Below, piece after piece: positions 12,546 through 26,804 of a stretch of 64,000 bases of DNA. Numbering within the stretch: the first letter of the stretch is position 1; every line of letters begins with the position of its first letter. Under the pieces are notes generated by a model. That model made no database searches and was not told where the DNA came from. It was given only the letters and a program-made list of their open reading frames with translations. The DNA is taken from the NCBI RefSeq assembly GCF_036588685.1, contig NW_026963294.1, positions 5,022,001 to 5,086,000 of the forward strand. Reading direction: 5' to 3'. The position numbers and the translations under genes were made by a program. The stretch is from Mytilus trossulus. Its lineage: Eukaryota.

Positions 12546-13899
12546 GTTTTCGGAATTTACTCATATTTTTAGTGAAACCATTTGTATTTACACGCATCTT
12601 TGTTGGAATTAAAATAAAAACAAAACACTTATAAATATATATATATTCCTTTTGTCTCCGTATATCTTACATAAACATTTTAACAAGCTGACCACACTCT
12701 TATTTATAAGTTGGCGCACATCAAAGTCGTGCTCCTATGGCAAACAATTTTGTTGCAAAAGAAATAAAACAACAGCAAAATTATTTGTCCTTTTCATCAT
12801 TTTAAATAAGAACAACACATTTAATTATAAATATTTGAAGCATAAATCTTTTCGATACAATTGTTTTAAATCACTTAAAATAAAATAGATCGTCATTGTT
12901 TAATAAGTTTCTATATATATATGTTATTTGGCACGTGCCAAACGGTTCATTGATTTTCGGCATATCAAAGAAAAACCGGCACGTGTCAAAATAATGTTGA
13001 ATATTTCGTTTATTTATGATTATTTTTCTGTAAAATTTGAAATTTATGCATTAAATATCAATCTCTAACATGATATATAAAAATAATACATATAACAGCA
13101 CTCCTTCTAGTCCTTAGCAGCATTGTATAGTCAAAGTCTTAGTGCACTAAGGATTCCTTAGCAGTGTTTAGACGTACCGATAAAAAAAAAACATCCGTCA
13201 TTCTTTTATAGTCATATAAGGTTAACAACTAGTCTGTTTCCCGGCCGTTATTGAAATTCTTGACAATACCTTAATATAAATTATGTATGTTCCGAATGCA
13301 TACTGAATGTTTTACGGAGGGGACCAACCTAGTCAGTAACAACGTACTATTGTAAATTATTTTTCGGATAATAATCTTTTAAACATACATTAAAAACGGT
13401 GTCATTGATAGGCAACCATGAACACAATAAAAAATGAATCCTTGAAAGTGTTCCATGTTTATTCCATTCAAGTAAAGACTTGTTATGATAATACCATATA
13501 TTTAACTAATTTATAAAAAAAAAAACAAAAAAAAAACAAGATTATATCTTAAACTTGTAAATCCAATTTCAAGTTTTAAAAGTTCCTCAATTTAAAATAA
13601 TACATGATGTATTTGCGTGATTTTATATTTGTTTAATTAAAATAATGCATTCAAATACATATAATGTTTATTTTTATTCAATTTTCCACAAAACATTTTA
13701 GCTTATTTTAAAAGAAAGTAAGTATGACTGTACATTTTATTTAAATTATTTATATACATATACTTTAACCGTGAGAAAAAAATATAAGCTTTGGTGAGCT
13801 CTATAACCGACTATCATATAAAAACCGCAATGTATGAACGTTACACACTTAAAGATGAACGTTTCACAAATGCACGTTATCTGATCTACACAATTATAC

Positions 13900-14165
13900 A
13901 CGATTGACGAACGAACGATACACGGTTATAAGAATGAATGATTGATGAACGCACGATATACGCACGATACACGGTTAAGAATGAATGATTGATGAGCGCA
14001 CGATACACGCACGATACACGCACGATACACGATTAAGAATACACGATGCACGCACGTTACACGGAAAATACACGGAACGATGAATGATGAACGCACGATT
14101 GGTACACGCACGATACACGCACGATGCACGCACGCAACACGCACGATACACGATGAACGCACGGA
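13900..14165. repeat. CpG-rich degenerate tandem repeat (ACGCACGATAC-like, about 11 bp)
   Basis: Repeated acgcacgatac / acgatacacgg units are visible directly. Confidence 0.85.
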
Positions 14166-14433
14166 ATAATGGTCAGTTTGAATTTTAGAAGGTCTGTAAA
14201 TGTTTTTTTCCTCGAATCCCGAAAAGTGAAGAGTTTTTAATACGTGTAAATCCCGAATTCACACAAACGACGTTTATAAATGATCTGTTCAAGAGTTTAA
14301 TTTCACTTTTCAAAATATTTCAGACACGTTAATAATATATGTTATTAGTAATAGAGAAAAAAAAATGTTTGATGAAAATTTTCGATAACATTTATTTATT
14401 TTTGTTCGTCGTACCATTGTAATTTATGTTTAA

Positions 14434-14986
14434 AGTCATAAGAAACCTCAAATCAAAAAAAATAATGCATATGTTTTTTTATAACTCAATGGATAGTTTT
14501 CATTATAAAACTTATGTACATATACTTTTTTCTGAAGAAAATTCTTTAATTTATTCATATTTAGAACAAGTTTACTTTATTTTAATTGTTTCCAGGAAGC
14601 AATTTCCCCGACATATTTTCCGTATGCAAAGTGACCTCAGTGTGACCCATCCGGTGATCACAATACGCATGGATGTCTTTAAAATAAACTATTATCTGAA
14701 TTAACATGTTAAACACGTGCTCAATTTCCATGTTTTTTTGTTGATTTTTTGTCGATTGTTGACAAACAGGTGACAATCGTTAAACTTCGGCTTCAAAACA
14801 CAAATTTAATTACCTGCCATATTTTCACAACAACACTGACCGATTAAAAAAAATGACGATTATACGAAATTTACACGAAAAAAATGATAAATTCGTGCAC
14901 AGAAGATTAAGTTTATGATGTTTGTATGCATTGGTTCAAGAATTGGAAGAACATTATGTTTCACCGGTCACTCGTTTCTTATGACT
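14434..14986. mobile_element. Kolobok-like non-autonomous DNA transposon
   Basis: TTAA on both sides (14430-14433, 14987-14990). Perfect 13-bp TIR agtcataagaaac with purine-purine ends. Confidence 0.8.
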
Positions 14987-16659
14987 TTAAAGTGACTTAT
15001 AGACCCACAGGGTCGGGTGTTCTAATTATTGTTTTTATATCTCACTGTATTATATAATATTTTGTGAAAAACACATGTCACTGTAATAAATAATTTACTT
15101 ACTTACTCACTTACTTATTAGTGCTAGCTTCACAAAGAAAATATCCACTGACATGCATAATATTTAGTGCCATGGGTCAGGCATGGTCTGTCTGATTTTA
15201 TAGGGATGCCAATATGGAAAATCAAAGATAAGATTGATTGAACCATTGTAATTGCAACCGATCTTACTTTCACTTGAATACATTAACCTGTTATCTTGTC
15301 GACTTTACAGCTAATTTCCTAATGCTTGTAGAGTAAAGCTTTGATAGGCTTCCTTGCTTAGTTTATATAAACATGGATTCAAGCTTTGTAAATAACATTG
15401 ACATCTTCAAACAATATAGAGGCATATTTTAATCTGTATATATTATATTTAAATTTGATTGGACATTATAGCAATTACAATTGTAAAATATACAAACTAA
15501 GCAAGCAAGCTAACCAAAGTTTCGCTTTACATGCATAAGAAAATTAGCTGTAAACATACAAATAGCCGCTATATCACGAGAAGAGACCACGATAAAATTT
15601 GAAAGTTAAACAAATCTTAGTTTTCACGAGAACGAATATATTGTTCAAGAGTTGTAGTGATCAGATCATCAATGACATAATTTTAAAAATAAGACGACAA
15701 GGTTGAAAATAGTTCTAGACGTCTTATAGCAAGAAAGTGTCCTCACTCAGCTTGTGGTTTTGTGTTGGTGGTGGATAGAGGCACATCGACTTACAATTGA
15801 CCATTTCTCTGCGGTTACAATTAAAGCTCGAGGTCGAAATCGACACTAGGGAGATAACATTAAATTTTTACAAGGTAGGGGTGGGGGAGTTGTGGCCAAG
15901 ATGGAATATGTTGTCAAGCAAACTTTTTCGTGCATGTGACTTCATATTTGAAAAGGGATAAGAAATGTCTTACTTGATAAGTTCTGCATTGCATTTAAAA
16001 CATCCATTGCAAGAATATCGTATAATTAGAAATCATTGTCCGCTGTTGGAAGTTTAATTTTGCCATTTTTCGTGCTTGTCATAAAACAATATTTCAGGTG
16101 TTTCGATTGTTAAACTCGTTGAATCAGAAAACGAACATATTCCATCTCAACCTGAGAAAGAGTGGCTCATTTACATTAATTTTATCAATGATTATCGTTT
16201 ATAAGATGTTGTACTTTCAATGCTATTTATAAACGCCGAGTAAAATTTTAAATGTTTGGTATAAAATTTTTAAATTGTTCATCTTAAAAAGTATTCAGAA
16301 GACAATGGGACATATCGAAGAATCTTTGAGTTCTGACGAAAACTATAGTGTTTTTATTCTATCTTTCCACAAAGTATATAAAAGTACCAAGCGTTTTTCT
16401 CAACTTTGACAACCTTATTCTGTAACAGATCTTGGCAGAATTTTTCAACGGCAATTTTCAAAGCGCTTAGACTATTACAGTGCATCGTTACAATTCAAAT
16501 ACGATTTAATGGTATAGAAACACTTTGCAGCTGACTAACTATTGACAAAAACATGCTACATTTGAGAAAAATGGCTGTAAAGATTTTACATATATCTGCC
16601 GTCGCCATATTGGGATAGTCGTAATTCCAGTTACGGTTATCAGTTTAATACCAGTGCAG

Positions 16660-16825
16660 TTGAGTAAAATGGTGCAGTTATTCAAATGCAGATTTAAATA
16701 TTATCAATATTAAACCCAATACCGCAAGCACCTATGGTCATCTTGGTGAGGATAGTATTCACTATTTTGTAAGTGCCCTTTTATCAACGAAGCAAGAGAA
16801 ATATTGTTTTCAAAATTAGAAATAT
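16660..16825 (+). mobile_element. Degenerate LINE ORF2 C-terminal fragment
   Basis: Frameshifted ...GHLGEDSIHYF/CKCPFINEAREILFSKL resembles the ED..H.F..CP...R..LF motif. Confidence 0.45.
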
Positions 16826-16834
16826 CTACTATAT

Positions 16835-17050
16835 AAAAAAGAAGATATGGTATGATTGCCAATGAAACAACTATCCACAAAAGACCAAAATGACACAGAC
16901 ATTAACAACTATAGGTCACCGTACGGCCTTCAACAATGACCAAACCTATACCGCATAGTCAGCTATAAAAAAACAAATATGTAAAACATAAACAAACGAC
17001 AACCACTGAATTACAGGCTCCTGACATGGGTCAGGCACATACATAAATAA
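16835..17050 (+). repeat. Dispersed repeat family A (aaagaagatgtggtatgattgccaatgagacaac...)
   Basis: Other copies near 11840, 22545 and 39745 (+) and near 30655-30840, 44130-44300 and 53520-53720 (-). Confidence 0.85.
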
Positions 17051-18316
17051 TGTATATCCATTTTGCTTTTATTAGCTGGTGACGGAGACATATATCAGAA
17101 ATACACTAAGATTAAGAACAGTCAATTAAAATTCGGAATTACTATACTTCTCAACTCTTCACTACAGTTCAGTTTTATATATTACTCTTATACGTTTTGT
17201 TTTTGAAAAAATGCTATATTTTGTCAAAAGATAAGCACAATAACCCCAAAGCGAATTGTGAGAAGTGGTTCCGTATTTAGTTTTCGTTAAAGAAAAAAAA
17301 AATAATAGTTTATGTAATATAACGACTCTTATACGGTGTTGCGTTTATATCTTTTGAATTCATTGGTGCAATTGGATGCAAACAATAATGACCATAAAAT
17401 GTCAGATTTGCGAAATCAGAAAGTAACCCTAACAACTAAATAGTTGAAAACCTAGAGATCAATGTTTAACATTCGCCAGCAATGAGCATTTTTCATAAAT
17501 AAAACATGATTTAGGTGAATACTTTGCGAGTAAAGAAAAAGAGACTACTGACAATAGATTTGTTATTAACCCCATGCTTGATGGGTACAAATTAGTATCC
17601 AGGAATTACCACTTTGTATTACACCACATTACAACAGAAATTAGAAAATACATGTAGGGACTCGAAGTATTTCTAAGACATCGCTATTTTTCTGTTCTAT
17701 GTAGCTTTTTTTCTGGCAAACACGGTTTTATAAATGCTGACAGGTACCGACAATTGAAAAACAATCGATCTGTTTAAAATAAGAAATGAAAATAATTGTT
17801 TTTTTATGGCAAATAAGAAAAATGACCGTTTGATTTGAAATTGTTTAAGATTATTCAGAATAGATTGAAATAGATAAAAATACCGTATTTTAATGTGAAA
17901 AGGCTAGACTTTATTTATGTCGTAGGGATGTTTTTGAGTGGTTTTGTTTACAATTATTTCCCATTATTTCCCTAGTGAAAATCTGCAATAATTATTGTTT
18001 CATCATGTTGTTTGATTTTCACATTATAACAAAACTAAGAATAGGAAGGTTGAATATATAGTTAGCTGTTTAATGTCCAGTGACAACTATTAGATGTATC
18101 ATTAGGAGGACATTTACAATGTTATACTAACATAAGATGTATGTGTCATTACATGTTGTGTCACATACTATAAATATGTAGTTTTATGGCAATAAAGATT
18201 TGTATTGAATTATAATACGTTATTCTGATTGGCTACACTGCAGTCTTGCGTTATTCCTTAATCAATTTCATTACACAATAGAATGTATCATTCAAGATGA
18301 CACGAGGTCCAACAAT

Positions 18317-21268
18317 TACGGAAGCCGTAAGGGGACACACAAAACATTAGAAAATATTTTTTTTTAATTCGAGATCACGATCAAACATTACCGTTTTACC
18401 GAGATCTCGATAAAAAATATATCGTTATCTCGATAAAACGAAATTGTTATATTGATATCTCGGATTATTAAATCATTATCTCGGATTATTAAATCGTTAT
18501 CTCGATTTATTATATCGAGATCTCGGATTATTATATCGAGATCTCGGATTATTATATTGTTATCTCGGTTTAATACATAGTTTCGTTTTCTCAAGATAAC
18601 GATATAATAATCCGATATCTCGATATAAGAGTTTCGTTTGTCGAGATAACGATATAATAATTTGAGATCTCGATATAACAGTTTCGTTTTCTCGAGATAA
18701 CGATATAATAATTTGAGATCTCGATATAACAGTTGCGTTTTCTCGAGAAAACGAAACTGTTATATCGAGATCTCGGATTATTAAATCGTTATCTTGGTTT
18801 AATATATCGAGATCTCGATAAAAATGTATCGTTATCTCGAGAAAACGAAACTGATATATCGAGATCTTGGATTATTATATCGCTATTTTGAGAAAACGAA
18901 ACTCTTATATCGAGATCTTGAATTATTATATCGTTATGTCGATTTATTAAATCGAGATCTCGGATTATTATATTGTTATCTCGATTTATTAAAACGAGAT
19001 CTCGGATTATTAAATCGTTATCTCGGTTAAATATATCGAGATCTCGATAAAAATATATCGTTATCTCAATAAAACGAAACTGTATTATCGAGATCTCAAA
19101 TTCTTTAAAAATTTTAACTTAATTCATTCATTTATTTAGTTTCAGAGAATAAACTAGTGGATTTCCCTAACTATTTTTAAACGAAATTCCTTTTTACAAT
19201 GTATGGACGACCTGAATACCAAAACATATATATATAAGTATTAAAATACTCACCGTATTCTTTGTTTTTATTTTCACGTTACCTTTGCTGTTAATAGACC
19301 TCATTTGAAAGCCTATTAATAGAGGAACAAAAATTATATAGTCAATATGTTCCGCAACGCAAATTAGAGAAGTATTGAAGGACCTTAAAATAGAAATACG
19401 GCTGAACATTATGAAAAAGCTTATTTTAAATAATGGAATGAACTTCAGCGACCCGTCAGCCACAAATTAAGGAAAACTTGATACACCATTTGAAAGCTTA
19501 TTAAAAGAGGAACAAAATGATATAAATAGTATGTGCCGCAATGACAGTTAGAGAGGTTACTGAAGACCTAAATGCCAAAATACACGTGAATATTAAGAAA
19601 TGGCCAATTTTGAATAATGGAATGGATGTTTGGAATATTGAAATAGACTGTCGCGACCCTTCAACCCCTAGTTCCAAATATATAGTATACCTAATTCGAA
19701 AGCTTATTAATATACCATTGTATCCCTCTTTCTATAAGCTTTCAAGTAGTGTATAAAGGGTCGAAGGGTCTGTGTTACTCCTCTAATAAGCGTTGCGGAA
19801 CATATTGACTATATGTCTTCTGTTTTCTATAAATAAGCTATATAAGGTATAAGGTATGTATGTAATTAGGGGCTGCAGGATTGCAGCAGTCCATTCCATT
19901 TTTCAAAATATCGATTCCATTATTCAAAATAAGCTATTTCTTAATGTTCACGCGTATTTCGACATGTAGGTTCTATGTCAATCCTCAAATATGCGTTGGG
20001 GAACAGATTGACTATATGTCTTTTGTTCTCTATAAATAAGCTTTTGAATGAGGAATAAGGTATGTATGTAAGTAGGGACTAAAGGATCGCAGCAGTCCAT
20101 TCTATTATTCAAAATATCCCTTCCATTATTCAAAATTGGCTACATATTTCTTAACGTTCACGCGTATTTAGGCATTTAGGTCCTTCGTAACCCACTCTAA
20201 TGGTCATTGCGGCACATATTATTTGTAACCATTAAGTTTCTCTATTAATAAGCTTTCAAATGGTCTATAAATTTTTTCTTAATTATGGGCTGACGGGTCG
20301 CAGAAGTTGACTCCATTATTCAAAATAAGGTATTTTATGATGTTCACCCGTATTTCTATTTTTAGGTCCTTTGTTACTCCTCTAATATGCGTTGCAGGAC
20401 ATATTCACTATATTCCTTTTGTTTCTCTATTAATAAGCTTTCGAATAAGGTCTTATGTATATCTGTTTAGGGTCTGAAGGGTCGCAACAGTCCATTCCAT
20501 TATTCAAAATATCCCATTCATTATTCAAAATTGGCTTTTTTTTTAAATTTTCACGCCTATTTTGGCATGTAGGTCTTCTGTAACCCCTCTAATGGTCATT
20601 GCGGCAAAATGGACATGTTATATCTATAAATATGGCATGAAGAACATCAAAGGTACTGTGAAAATAAAAAATTGTAACGTTGAGTATTTTAATATATTTA
20701 TATGTTTTGGTAGTCAGGTTTTCCATACATTGAACCAAGGAATTTCGGTTAATAATAGCTAGGGAAATCCACTAGTTTATTCTCCGAAACTAAATAAATG
20801 AATGAATTAAGTTAAAATTTTTAAAGAGTGCTTTGAATTTTTGTTTCTGATATTAATTTGAATATTTGTAAGATAACATCAGAATGACGAATTCAGAAAT
20901 ACAGAATACAGATTCGTTTTATCGAGATAACGATATATTTTAATCGAGATCTCGATATATTTAACCAAGATAACGATTTAATAATCCGAGATATCGTTTT
21001 AATAAATCGAGATAACGATATAATAATCCGAGATCTCGATACAACAGTTTCGTTTTCTCGAGATAACGATATATTTTATATCGAGATCTCGATATATTAA
21101 ACCGAGATAACGATTTAATAATACGATATCTCGATATAACAGTTTCGTTTTATCGAAATAGCGATACATTTTTTATCGAGATCTCGGTAAAACGGTAATG
21201 TTTTATCGTGATCTCGAATTAAAAAAAATATTTTCTAATGTTTTGTGTGTCCCCTTACGGCTTCCGTA
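18317..21268. mobile_element. IS3EU-like composite foldback element, non-autonomous
   Basis: TACGGAAGCCGTAAGGGG...CCCCTTACGGCTTCCGTA ends, TIRs over 100 bp, 6-bp TSD aacaat/cacaat. Empty-site-like sequence cccacaataaag occurs in the host-element paralog near 28170. Confidence 0.85.
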
Positions 21269-21999
21269 CACAATAGAGGGCACAGGTAAATTAAATAAAA
21301 CTTGATAAAAATCGTGTTTTCATAATCCTAGCTAAAAAAATGTATTTATAAGTATTAAATGCTTCTTTTTGTAACTTCATAGGGTTGTAAAAGCGTTGAC
21401 CGCGCGCACATTTTTAGAATGAAGCGCTTTGGCGCTTCTTACAAAATGTTCTCCGGTCAACACTTTTACACCCCAATGAAGTTACAAAAAAGCATTCAAT
21501 ACTTAAAATAAATATGAACAAGGACATCCTGTGTTATGCAAACATGTGTATTTCGGCACAAGCGATGACCTATAGACCGTGTGTATCATATGTATATTTA
21601 GGGTGGGTTGCTCCGAATTAAGGAGGTATAAATACAGGAAAATAAAGAAAAAAAAATACAAAATTAGAATAGTGTAAAAGTATAACGGGCAAAATAAAGA
21701 ACAGAGGGAACTGGTAAAAGAAAATTAAGGAAAATGGTATAAGAAAAATCAGGAATAGAGAGAAATGGTCTAGTTTTTTGCCGGACAATTGTTGATGATT
21801 GTTTAAAGTAAAGGGCATTTATAGGTAAAATAATACACAATCGTTTGTACATTGGTAGGGATTTATATTTGGAGTTGATGAGGCACATAATGAATAATTG
21901 TTTTTGTTTGAAATTTCTCGAATATTTTTTTTTTTCGTCTGATTTTAAAATGAATAAAAAAATCTATTAAACAAAACTAAATGGTTTAATTACGAAATA

Positions 22000-23071
22000 T
22001 CTATACTATTAAACGAGAAGACCTCATTTTTGGTGTCGCTTCTCTCCTTTCCACAATAAATCAATCAACACGCCTCTGTGTCCTATAGGTACAGTGCATA
22101 GTCGCATTTGTCATCCATTCATATGATTATTCAGATTGAGTTATTTTGGGAGAAAAACGAGAAAAAAGGCATCCGGATATTGTCCCGTCATTGGACAAAA
22201 CTTTAAGTCAGATTAGACTTCCGGTTTGCGTTTTTCTGTATACTTTGAACATACATATATACAAAGAATAAAGTGTATTTACAGATTTCTATCTGCTATC
22301 ATTTTCAAGTTTACTATCCACGGCGGTCACATAGTTTATTAAATAGAGAGGGTCTGTATACTATATCAATGACCACCATGGATCGATTAGTAAACTTAGA
22401 ATTGAAAGTAAATACATTATATTTATATAGTAATGAATGTTCATAATATACAGATAAGCGCTAAAAATATTCATGTGAACTTTTGATACCTTTTCTGAAA
22501 TTCTCCAGTCATTAAATCTTTTACAAAATTCCTTGATTACAAAAAAAAGAAGATGTGGTATGATTGCCATGTTGAGACAACTCTCCACAAGAGTCCAATA
22601 TGACACAGAAATTAACAACTATATGTCACCGTACGACCTTCAACAACGAGCAAAGACCATACCGCATACTCAGCTTCAAAAGGCCCCGAACTGACAATGT
22701 AAAACAATTCAAACCAGAAAACTAGCGGCCTTATTTATGTACAAAAAGTGAACGAAAAACAAATATGTAACACATAAACAAACGACAACCACTGAATTAC
22801 AGGCTCCTTACTTAAATGTTCATAACATACTAAATGAAAACTATGTTCATATTGAAATTGATAGAAAACCAAAAATTGGGAATTTTGGAAATAAAGGAGG
22901 AGGGATAAAAAAAAAAAGAAGCATTTTCCTGTCCCAAATAACCTATATATGACTTATGATACTTTTGCTGAAATTCTCCAGTCATTCAATATTTTACAAA
23001 ATTCTTCCAACAACACTTTACATACTTTAAACTACGCTCTGAATGCCCGCGATTTCGCGGGTGTGTTCTAG
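22000..23071 (+). mobile_element. Non-autonomous Helitron
   Basis: 5' A|TCTATACTATTAAA, 3' hairpin cccgcgatttcgcggg, then CTAG|T. Carries a family A repeat at about 22545-22812. Confidence 0.85.
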
Positions 23072-23377
23072 TATAGATAAAACTGCTATTCAGTCGATTT
23101 TAAAAGACATGCTCTAAAAGAGAATACATAAAAGATATTTAAAAATCTTTTTGAACAAAAAGTCAACCTCAAGACACAGAATATATTTGTGTAAGAACAT
23201 TATATTAATTCCGACTTCCATCTAAAATAACTTGAATTGTTCATTTGAAAAAAAAGGGTGATACCTTAGGCTATTTTCAAAAAAATGTTGATTGATCCGA
23301 ACTTTACGCATATTATCACCTATATAAAAAGATTTAACAGAACACAATTCCTGTTTTATATTTTTTTTTAAACATAC

Positions 23378-23710
23378 ACGCTAAACGAAACGATGTACGC
23401 TAAACGATACGATATACGCTAAACGAAACGATGTACGCTAAACGATACGATATACGCTAAATGAAACGATTAACGCAAAACCATAGGATATACGATAAGA
23501 GGGCGCTTATGTTATCGTTTATGGTATGGTTTATGGTACATGGTTTCGTTCGTACATCATTCGTTCAGCGTCCATACAACGTTCGGTCAGCGTTTCGTTT
23601 GCATTCGTACACCGTTCGGATAGCGTACGTACATCTTTCGGGCATCGTCCGTACATGGTTCGGGCATCGTTCGTATTGTTAACTTTTACGTTACATGCGT
23701 TACACGGACT
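23378..23710. repeat. CpG-rich tandem repeats (CGCTAAACGA(A/T)ACGAT(G/A)TA about 20 bp, then degenerate CGTTCG units)
   Basis: Tandem units are visible directly at 23378-23465 and 23545-23710. Confidence 0.8.
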
Positions 23711-24090
23711 GTAATTTATAGTTTCAATTCTCAATTTTTGATTGTCTAATTTCACCTAAGTACATCCTTAAGCGAAGAACAGGAGACCATTTTGAACCGT
23801 TGGAGAGGATGTTTTTGATAATGTTAACCGAGGACATGTTGGGTGTTCGTTTTTCATCAGATTTGAATCATTTTAACAGTTGCACAAATTGTGTCTATTT
23901 TTTGGGTTTTTTTATTTTTTTTTGGGGGGTGGGGGGGCATTTTTTGTGACACATCAAAAATAAAAAATACAAAATTATATATGTATTATTCATTCGAAGC
24001 ACTGTTCTGGTTTAACCTTCATCCAGAATGTTTAAAGCAAATATTTGAAAACTATGATGTCTTAGAACCGAAACAGTTAAAGATATTTAA

Positions 24091-24663
24091 GGTAGAACAT
24101 AAGTAAATGTTTTTTGAGACAGAATTTTCTTATAATTTGCCAAAATGAAGATTTTACTATGCTTTTTTCAAAAATATAATAAAAAGTATGGGTCACCGTG
24201 CTATTTTTCAAGCTATGAGTCGTTTAAAATGCATAAATTTGGTTAGTTTGTTCATGAAAAAACACATAAGAGTGCATTAAAAAAATTCTATGAGATAGAA
24301 TTTTGAAATAAATTGTGAGAAGATAGGTTTCATAATATGTTTTAAGAAAAGAAAAAGAAAACATGGTGTCACCGAACTTGTTTTCTTGCCACAAGTAAAA
24401 ATAAAAAAATTCCCTATTAGCCCAGTATAAATTTTGTACTAAAAGAGTTATCTCCCCTTAAATGGCTCATTTGGAAAAAAATGATTTTAAAAACTAAGAA
24501 GGTTGATATTTGTTAAAATATTTTGAATAAAACAATATATAACGAAACAGTTTAACCATTAAATTGCAAATCTGTTTCCAAATTTGCTGATTTTGGCAAA
24601 TGACTATACCGTTTTTGTACTGTGATTTTTCAATCCAAGATGGCGGTATACCATGAATCTACC
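24091..24663. mobile_element. Kolobok-like non-autonomous element
   Basis: ttaa|ggtaga ... tctacc|ttaa. Confidence 0.6.
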
Positions 24664-25007
24664 TTAAATGACCAGGAAGAAATAGCAGAATATATAGTTT
24701 GTTTCCTTGGAGCATTGTGAATTATTATACCGTATATGATCACGATGATGTTTCAACATTGTTTCATCAAAGGATATTTCACTGTTTTCCTTCATTTTTA
24801 TAGATCTTACACACTGTTTACAAGGAACATACAAATACTTCCGTCTATTTGTGCGGTATTGTGAGCGCTATTAAGCGAAAGAAGTGGTTTTTTTTTAAAT
24901 ATAGTTATACGGAGAATTTCATCGTAAGTGCTATAATATTTCATCAATGATATCCTCAATGCTCTTCAACTTTGTACTTGTTTATCTTTATAAGTACTTC
25001 GATATAA

Positions 25008-25051
25008 GCGTCACTGATAGGTCTTTTTTAGACAAAACGCGCGTCTGGCGT
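25008..25051 (+). ncRNA. Degenerate type I hammerhead in a retrozyme remnant (about 24950-25085)
   Basis: gcgtca CTGATAG gtc tttttta gac AAAA cgcgc gtc tggcg: architecture retained, but the CUGANGA and GAAA cores are mutated. Confidence 0.7.
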
Positions 25052-25226
25052 ACTAAATTTTGATCCTGGTACCTTTGCTAACAATACATGCTATATGACT
25101 ATGATAACATTGATATTGAAGATTTAATTCAGTAATGTCTGCGACTCATTAAATATTTGTACAGGAACTATGTTTTTTAGGAATCATAGTAAAGTAAATC
25201 ACGATAACTGCATTGTAAACGCTCTA

Positions 25227-25677
25227 TAGGTTGCATTTCTGTAAATATTGACAATGCAATTTCCAATAGGAACACCTATTACGGCTAAAACTGTACCACA
25301 TTTACAATGAAGTTTTGAAAAAAATCTTATCCTAGAATTGAAAGTTCATATGCACTTGAATTTTGTTCAAAGGTCAAACTATAGAGTTGTGCGGCATATT
25401 TTCATCGTTCATATGCCCTGAACTTCTCATATTTAAACTAACACTAATTTTCTTAACTACCCCTACCTCGAATGAAAGGTTACCACAGATTTCAAATTAA
25501 ACAATATGCACATGCTTATTTACTGGTAACATTCCCAAGTTATGTCTCTGTAAGATGGAACACAGAGAGCATAACTGGGAACCAGTATGTAAACAAAATA
25601 TTTTTTCTATGAATATTCAAGATCTCCCCAAAAGAGGCGTGTTTTGAGAAACAGCTGTATCTTAAAAGTGCAACCTA
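25227..25677. mobile_element. MITE with TAGGTTGCA...TGCAACCTA ends, copy 1
   Basis: Short TIRs; near-duplicate at 27333-27748. Confidence 0.75.
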
Positions 25678-26760
25678 AACAAACATTTATTTAAAAAGAA
25701 AACTCTCTGAAATCAGTTTTTCTCACATTAATACTCATTTATCAGAATAATAGCCTTAAAGAAATCACTGCGTATACTCTAAGTTTGTATTTACTGTACA
25801 TGTGATACTCCCTCCGCTGTTTCAATTGTTTAAAAATTTGAAAACAAGACTTTAATTATTGCAAGCTTACACTATTTGCATATTTTCTGATAAAAAATGC
25901 CTAGAACCAGTTTAAAACTGTTTTGGTAACATATTGAATGCATATCAGAATACTATTAAATGTAATGTTTAGCATTCAATCATTACAACATTCAAGATTA
26001 TATAAAGTATCCAATCCAGCCTCTATCTCCAGTCCACATCTTAATGTATGCCTGTTTGTCAATTAAAGTACACATTTTCTGCCTCAAATGGTCAATTTAG
26101 AATCCTTGTCACAACAGTATCAACTGTAACCATATATCTGACAAAATTTAGCAAATATATGTACTAGAAGTGTCCAAACAAAGCCATATTTGCAATAGTT
26201 GTATATATGCAAATACCAGTCTGAGATATAAATTCACTTAACATGTTATAGAGATGTCTGCTAACATCTGAATTTTGCATAACTTCCAAACATAGATATT
26301 GTCTTCTATATCAAGAACTTTTAAATCATAAAATCGTAGCATTTACAAGTTAAATTATTTGTTTTGTGACCCAGGGAGTAGGCAATTTTCTATGTGTTTG
26401 TCCCTGTGGCCTCAAGTTTCCTAAACATTCTGCTGTTTCTAGCACTTTTGAATATTTAGTACATATCCAGGTGGAACATTTGTTGAGATGTTTTTTTTTT
26501 CTAGTTTGTATTTATTGTGCCGTGGTGACAAAAAAGTAGATTCAGGTGTTGCAGCTTACTTTTAGATTATCGAAAGGACACAAATACCCCATACAAAATG
26601 TTAAGGAAGGATCTATGAGTTTCATTGACTGCGAAGAGTAAATACAAGCACTTCTTAACAATTTAACTTACAAATATTCAAATATTACGAATACATTTTG
26701 TATCCAGGACTTTAAGTAGACTATGCATACTGTAATAAAATTAACGGTACCAATTTTTTT

Positions 26761-26804
26761 GCACCAGATGCGCATTTCGACAATACATGTCTCTTCAGTG
26801 ATGC
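26761..26804 (-). ncRNA. Minimal type I hammerhead ribozyme (intact core)
   Basis: RNA reads GCAUCA CUGAAGA GAC AUGUAUU GUC GAAA UGCGCA UC^UGGUGC. Stem I GCAUCA/UGGUGC, stem II GAC/GUC, palindromic stem III, AUC site. Predicted cut between 26767 and 26766. Confidence 0.9.

Larger units (their letters stand above)
11137..13178. mobile_element. Long-TIR DNA transposon relic, probably MULE/Mutator-like
   Basis: About 230 bp imperfect TIRs (11137-11360 vs about 12940-13178) with ggtgcgtctaaa/tttagacgtacc ends. Contains an internal transposase-like remnant and similar A-rich flanks. Confidence 0.65.

Noticed and set aside
18388-19100. CRISPR-like look and RDL-repeat ORFs
   Set aside because: Contiguous degenerate palindromes with no unique spacers and no cas genes, in a eukaryotic transposon.
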